From NCBI GenBank assembly GCA_002269645.1, contig NIVC01001055.1:1-37561 (forward strand): a stretch of DNA of 37,561 bases, in the 5' to 3' direction. The position numbers were made by a program, and so were the translations under genes. This stretch comes from Macrostomum lignano (Eukaryota). The notes below the pieces were generated by a model. The model was not told where the DNA came from, did no database searches, and worked only from the letters and a program-made list of their open reading frames with translations. Below, piece after piece: positions 31,222 through 37,561 of the stretch (positions are counted from its first letter, which is position 1; every line of letters starts with the position of its first letter).

Positions 31222-31545
31222 GAGGCACTCTAGTGACCGGGAGTATTTGAGCAGGAATGATGCCATTTGCCACTCTAGCGAGGCACTCTAGTGACCAGGA
31301 GTATTTGAGCAGGAATGATGTCATTTGCCACTCTAGCGAGGCACTCTAGTGACCAGGAGTATTTGAGCAGGCTTTATGCCATTTGCCACTCTAGCGAGGC
31401 ACTCTAGTGACCAGGAGTATTTGAGCAGGAATGATGTCATTTGCCACTCTAGCGAGGCACTCTAGTGACCAGGAGTATTTGAGCAGGAATGAAGTCATTT
31501 GCCAATCTAGCGAGGCACACTAGTAACCAGGAGTATTTGAGCAGG
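31222..31545. repeat. 58-bp minisatellite, about 5.6 copies
   Basis: GAGGCAC recurs at 31222, 31280, 31338, 31396, 31454 and 31512. Confidence 0.95.
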
Positions 31546-32635
31546 CAGTCAAATAGGCCATAGCCAACGGTCGAGCCACTGCTTAGGACTTCAATCGGGA
31601 GTCCGCGGGACCAACCAGTGAGGGAGCCTTTTGTGCCTGTGAATAGCGATGGTACTAAACTACTGAGGGTAATATGGGGGAACATTGTTGTTAAGGAATT
31701 CTTATTGAATTTTAATAAGTCGGCGTTTATTGAGAGTCTTGAAAAAGATAGCAAGAGAAGATTAACACTGAATTTAGCTCTGGCGCAGCTCAAACAAAAC
31801 TTAGTTGTACAGGTTTGGATTTGGAGACCATAGACATATAATTAAGAAGTCTGTTATAGAAAACTCTAGAAGGAAAACTGGGATTCACTTACCGTAAATA
31901 GAGGTGGCTATTTAAGATAAACTATTATAACACCTTTAACAATTGTTTCCTTGCTCGCACCCACAGAGCCTGAATTGAGCAATGAATGAGAAGTCAGGCA
32001 CCGGTTCGAAGAATTCATTCACAAGTAGAACCCCTGCGATCAAGAAGCTCATTCGGTTTAGGCGGGGTTTGAGAAACATAACCCAAGGACAAATATCTGT
32101 CTGATATGTGCTCTTGTTTGCAGAAAATTACACTGAATTTGGATATGCACCACAAGAGAAGGCACTGATTTCACCATCTTGTGAACACGGATGGCTAGCT
32201 AATGCAGCTGTCTCGATCTGCGACCGAGCTTGCTGAATGTCGCCAGCAAATCGGCTCTCCTTAAAGATGTTGGCAGCGTCAATATACGTGGATTATTCCT
32301 CGGTCAGCAGCTGATTTATCGCTGCATCTTCTGCCGCGTCTCCTGCGTCATCTGACTGCGGTGGAGCACGGCTTGAACCCGCTCAGTGAGCTCTGGTTTG
32401 TTTCCCGAAACCGGTAGGCCGTTGTTTCCTCTCAGAGCCGGGCACAGTTAGCCTACTGTGAACTGGGGAGATCAGACATGACGGCAGATGGAGTCGCCGG
32501 TTGCGGAAGCAGCATGCAGTTGCGGCACCGGAAGCAGCCGCTAGGATGCCTTCCAGCGGCGCCAGAAGCAGCGCTGGAGGCCGGCAGCCTCGCCGCTGGA
32601 GTTCCTGCTGGTATTCGACGCGAGCTGTGTCTGAC

Positions 32636-32815
<180 letters not shown>

Positions 32816-35800
32816 ACTTGCCGGGTCGAATTGCAAGACATGAATGTTCTCGTCGAGCAAGTGATGTTTGAAGACTCCGACTGTTCAACATTGGATGAGC
32901 TGCTTGCTTTGCTGCCAACATCTGACGAAACCATCAATGAACTGGAGGTCATTGTTGCTCAACAGTACGATGCAACGAAGATCAAATCTACTGAGAAGCA
33001 GGAAATTTTTGCTGTTCGTAAACTAAAGGATTTTTTGACTGCGTATTCTTTTATTGATAACTGCGACATCGACACTTGTGACGTTGAATACCTGCTACCT
33101 ATGCCTTTCTTGGCTATAACCTAAAAATTAGGTACCTGACGCATGAAAAGCGCAAGGTTACGGAGATGGGTAACATGTCGGACGCACTATCAGCCACGCT
33201 GTATGGATCCACCAGCAAAACCGATGAACCTGAATAGAATTCTTTGACCATTGCTAATTCTAGTTCCATGACTGCTACCTTTGCTGACGTTGCCCAAGAG
33301 CCGGACCCAAAAGTGGTCGTGCCTGGATCACCAAGCTCGGACCTGTTTCGTCCAGTCAGTACCTTATAAATCAGGTGATCGACATGGATTCCACCAATAT
33401 GGAGGGGAACCGTTCAGCGTTTTCGCTTAACTTCAATGGAACTTTTGCGAAATGCGTGTTCAATTTTAAGCCCTAGGATGCAACCTGGCATCGTCAATGC
33501 TACCCAAACTGAAAAAAACTGCTAAGTTTTACCAACATTTGTTTTAGTAGTATTGCAGTTTTATGTTTTAAAGTCCTGTGGTTTTGACGTTAGATTACTG
33601 TATCAAGTTCCAGTTCAACTTAAATAATAAGAAGTATTCTAAAAATAGAAGCGTGCAGCAACGGGACGTTACTTCACGCAAATTGGACGTTGCGGCACAT
33701 TGTCTATGGTAAAGACATTTACTAATGCACTGCCAAATCGTTAGTCAATGGGTTACGAGCGTTTTAGTTATACTCGTAGCATAGACTAAACATCAGTGAA
33801 TAGTATGCTAGAAAGAAAATCAGTTGCAAAGCAAGGAGTACTCACGACGCAGAACTTAAACTTCATGGCGATTTTATTTGTGAAGCGATCTATAAATATA
33901 CACAAGCACTCTCTTACAAGCAATACGACTTCAAGCGTTGCAATTCACATATAAAATCGCTATCTAGTCCATAATGTTTACTATAAAGAATGCGTTCAAG
34001 CGGGCCTGAAAAAAACTCCTACCAAGTTTAATTTCTGCGTCCTGAGTTTTTGAGTAGTCCTTGTTGCAAAGTCCAACAAAGGAAAGAAATACGCTCGTAG
34101 TAAAGAGAAGCAGGAAAAAAACGAACATCAAAATGCTTTCTATCAAATGGTCCGTGCTGGGGTGCAGAGGTATTTGACTCTCGTTCTGAAGCGTCGAACC
34201 AATATTATCTCTGGCAACAAGTTTAGCGACGCCAATCGAATTCTGCGCGTCAAGGTGCGTCATTTCTTTTGTGAAAGGGTTCTGTGAAGCAGCGCGAGCC
34301 AATAAAGGAAGTTTATTGAAAATGCGCGAATACTTCAACCGTTCCATCGCTGAGAGGTTGCAAGACGAGATACTATTAACGTTGCTGTTCTGTGTGAGAG
34401 AGGACAGAAGCACCTGTCGAGTCTAAAGCAAGTTGGCACATGTTAAGACTGTGTCGACGTTGATGGCAATCCAGATCTTGCATTGCCACCACTTACGATA
34501 AAAACAGAGTATTGATCCAACAAAATGCAAGGGAAACCAGAGCAAGCAGAGAGCCGGATCTACGGTTGTCAGTGGGAATTGATTCTGAAGTATCAAGTTT
34601 GTTGCCGCAGAATTCTCCGTCATTCTTCCCACGTCCATTAAGCAACAATGAAGGATGGCGTCTTCCCTCCCGGCCTGCTACGCAAGTGCGTGGTGTCAAT
34701 TGGTTGGCTGCTTTCATGAAGCCCATTTGTAGTATGCGCAACCTGTCCAAACAGTACACGAATCACTGCGTCCGAGTTACGCGAATCACAGATACACATG
34801 GAGTACCTCTAGGTACGCGTAAAATAAGGGCGGTCAATGGACAGAAATCGGAGTCCATTGTCCAATGTTATCTTGAACGTAAACGATATTGACGTTGTCT
34901 AAACAATCGTAAGTCAAACATTTAATGCTTACTGGATTACTTAGTGATGATCATATTTATTATTTAGCCAACATTCCAGCAATATTTTTGTGCATTGCAG
35001 GTTAAAAAAAACATACGAGCTTAAAACAGGAAACTATTTATAACACAGTGAAATTATTTTTACCGCAGAATAAAACAAAATTACGTTCTTGAGTTCAGTG
35101 GCGGATACCTGAAAAAAGTCATTGGGGAACCAAGCAAATTTTTGCCAAGTACAGAGCTATCCCTCCGCCCCCCAGGTCTTTTTACGCTCCAGAATCCGCC
35201 CCCTCAACTAATTTCAGTGATATCTTCCTCCATCTTCATGAATGCAACAAGCGCCACCGGCGCGGAGCAGTTAACCCGTGATTTGCATGCGAGCAGGTCT
35301 TGTGCTGGATCCGGATGTGAGCCCCCCGCAGGTATGGATGCTGTAAGCAAAGAGCTGCACAGCTGACAGTGAAGGACTCGGCTAATTCACTTTAGCACAT
35401 ACCCGCCAAACGTACTCAGCAGCTTCCAGCGAGGCATTGCTTGCACCCTGCCAAGAGTCCAGCTTTTCTTGGAGCAGCTGCTGTGGCACCAGCTGCTGCT
35501 GTGGTGCCTGGCATGCAACACTGGCACCGGTGGGGGGCGCAGGCTGCTGCCATGGCAGCCTTGCAGTTGTCGTCTTCGCAGTTGTGGAACGTCGAGTCAG
35601 ACTGGGCCAGGCCGCTTGCAGCCACGGACCGCAGGGCACCGAAGAAGAGCTGACTGATCTGTCGTTAAAACCGTCGGATGATGCAGAAAATATTTTGAAG
35701 AAGAGAATTGTGCGATGCCCTTTGCTTCCGGATGCAAACTCATGTACATTGCTGCATGACCAACAGTCAAGTTACGTTTTCGAGACAGTTGCGTACCACG

Positions 35801-37561
35801 AATTAGGGTGAAACATCTCAGTATTTAATTTGGAAAATATAGTCTCGCTGTTAATAGATTTTGTGAATTTACCTCAACGAGATCGCCGTGACTCGCGGCT
35901 GACGAAGAAGTTCAGCAGTAGTAGAATGCGACAAAGCCGAAGCTGCCAATGACAATGGTGGGTGATAATGATGGCAGTAAAGATGGCAATGACAGCGTAC
36001 ACCACAGCGATGAGGGAGAAGACAAGCAATCTACAGTGGGAAGTTCAGCTGGAACGGTGCGAGAGCCGTATGTTAGAACGTATAGAGTTTGGTATTTGGA
36101 ACATTTTTTAAACACGGTCGAGCGTACTGTTAGAAATTTTCGAATATCATGTCATGATTTTGGAAAAAATAAATGGAATTAGTTGAATTGCTGTCTGTAT
36201 ACATTGCTTGACAACGAGCAATCCCAAGGGTAAGCAACGTCTTTTTGATTTCAAATTGGTTTCAACAGCGCCTGAGGTTGTTCTGAGACGAAAGACGGCT
36301 TGTATTTCTTCCTTTCATTGTACGCTTACAATTGCACGGGCGGTGAGACTTGAGGGGCATTTACAGAGCTGAGACAGTGTAATGCAGGCATTTATATACA
36401 AGTATTTAGAAGAAAGTTGTTATGCTAGAAATTTCGATGCATACACAGATTTTTATTCCAAAATTTTAGGATGATAAAGTTTTCACTAATTAATTAATAC
36501 AAGGCTTCATTAAACTAGCTTAAACTAGCTAGCTTCATTAAATTGTGAAAACCTGGATTAATTTCTGATTTTAAAAGCACTCAATAGATTTTAGTGGTCA
36601 GCGTTTGACTACAAAAAGGAATGATTCAATTTTGCACTACTGATCATAGTAGCTAACAGTGTTACTTAGATTTTTAAATAATTTTCGACGAGTCTAAAAA
36701 CTTAAGAAATGTCTTGGACAAACTTGATCTCGGAATTTCAGCTAAGCCACCTTGTTCTTACGGTAATTTCTAATCCCATTAACAATACTTTGTCTGCAAA
36801 AGATCGAATAGCTATGGGGTATTATGGGTCACAAATCATGCAATTCAATAATTCCTGTAAAAGCTGAGTGCTTACAGGAATCTGATGACAAATGACTTGT
36901 TTTATTATCTAAAAAAATCTTTGAAAAATTTAAGAAAAACACTCGATGAAAAACTGAGGATTCAAAGCATCGGATCTTGATTTGAGCTGCTTGTACTAAC
37001 CTAGTTTTCTAATTAAGAGTTCATTTCAACATAGCCTAATTGGGGCCTCAAAGGAAGTCTTGCTACTAGCTGCTTCCAGGTCAGTGCAGATCACGAATCA
37101 GAAGCCAGACGCGAAGCGGAAAACACGGTGAGCCGAAATGGACACAGGCGCGGAAAGGTTTGAGCTTCAACAGGCAGTGATGCTTCTAACTAGCACAAAT
37201 AGATACTTTTGATGAAACCATCTCGTTGTCACGCTCATCGTAATGAGCATTGATACTTTTTCAAACCGAAATCAAACCGAAGCACCCGAAGTTAGCAGTT
37301 CAAAAGCGGACGAACTAATGTTGAGCAAAAACAGGCTTATTCCATATTCATGCATAATACGCGCTTAGCAAATACTGCTGCGGGCTGTGGGCACCCTGAC
37401 GTAACAACTTCGGTGACCATCGTCCTACAAACCAGTGCTGACGCAAGTCTGGCCAATCCCACGTGACTCTGAGCACATACAAGCGGCGCCAATACATCGG
37501 CCTTGATTTTCTAATCGCCAGGCATGTGCACTCATGGGGCTGTGCAGCCCTAATTAAATGC

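Noticed and set aside
31870-32400. Possible minus-strand coding remnant
   Set aside because: Interrupted by stops and has no recognisable motif.
36400-37050. hAT transposase remnant (TRWLS near 36740-36760, minus strand)
   Set aside because: A single short motif amid many stops, with no TIRs or other hAT motifs found.
37380-37561. Promoter-like cluster (TGACGT, CCAAT twice, CACGTG)
   Set aside because: Short motifs are expected by chance and there is no associated gene within the window.

Overview
Eukaryotic, animal-like genomic DNA with GT-AG introns, GC-rich exons and dense minisatellites. A flatworm such as Macrostomum is my guess; this is inference only. Two convergent host genes are present. 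Adenylosuccinate synthetase (ADSS, + strand, 3 coding exons, 1250-3558) has one homopolymer frameshift. A lysosomal alpha-glucosidase-like GH31 gene (GAA, - strand, 8 coding exons, 27599-8039, about 906 aa) assembles with no frameshift. The 11.5 kb last GAA intron holds a very young full-length Ty3/gypsy element (8798-17485, 710-bp LTRs, TGTG TSD) with gag, pol and an extra non-env ORF3, plus a long-TIR Tc1/IS630-like element (17542-19569). GAA intron 2 holds a deleted mariner. GAA intron 1 holds an antisense, intronless ORF fusing a Myb/SANT(MADF)-like helix to an H-Y-E PARP catalytic domain, bracketed by two oppositely oriented arrays of a hairpin-forming 21-bp repeat; this is the most unusual feature. 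The remainder is tandem repeats and decayed LINE and gypsy fragments. All exon junctions, identities and family calls were read by eye; no searches were run.
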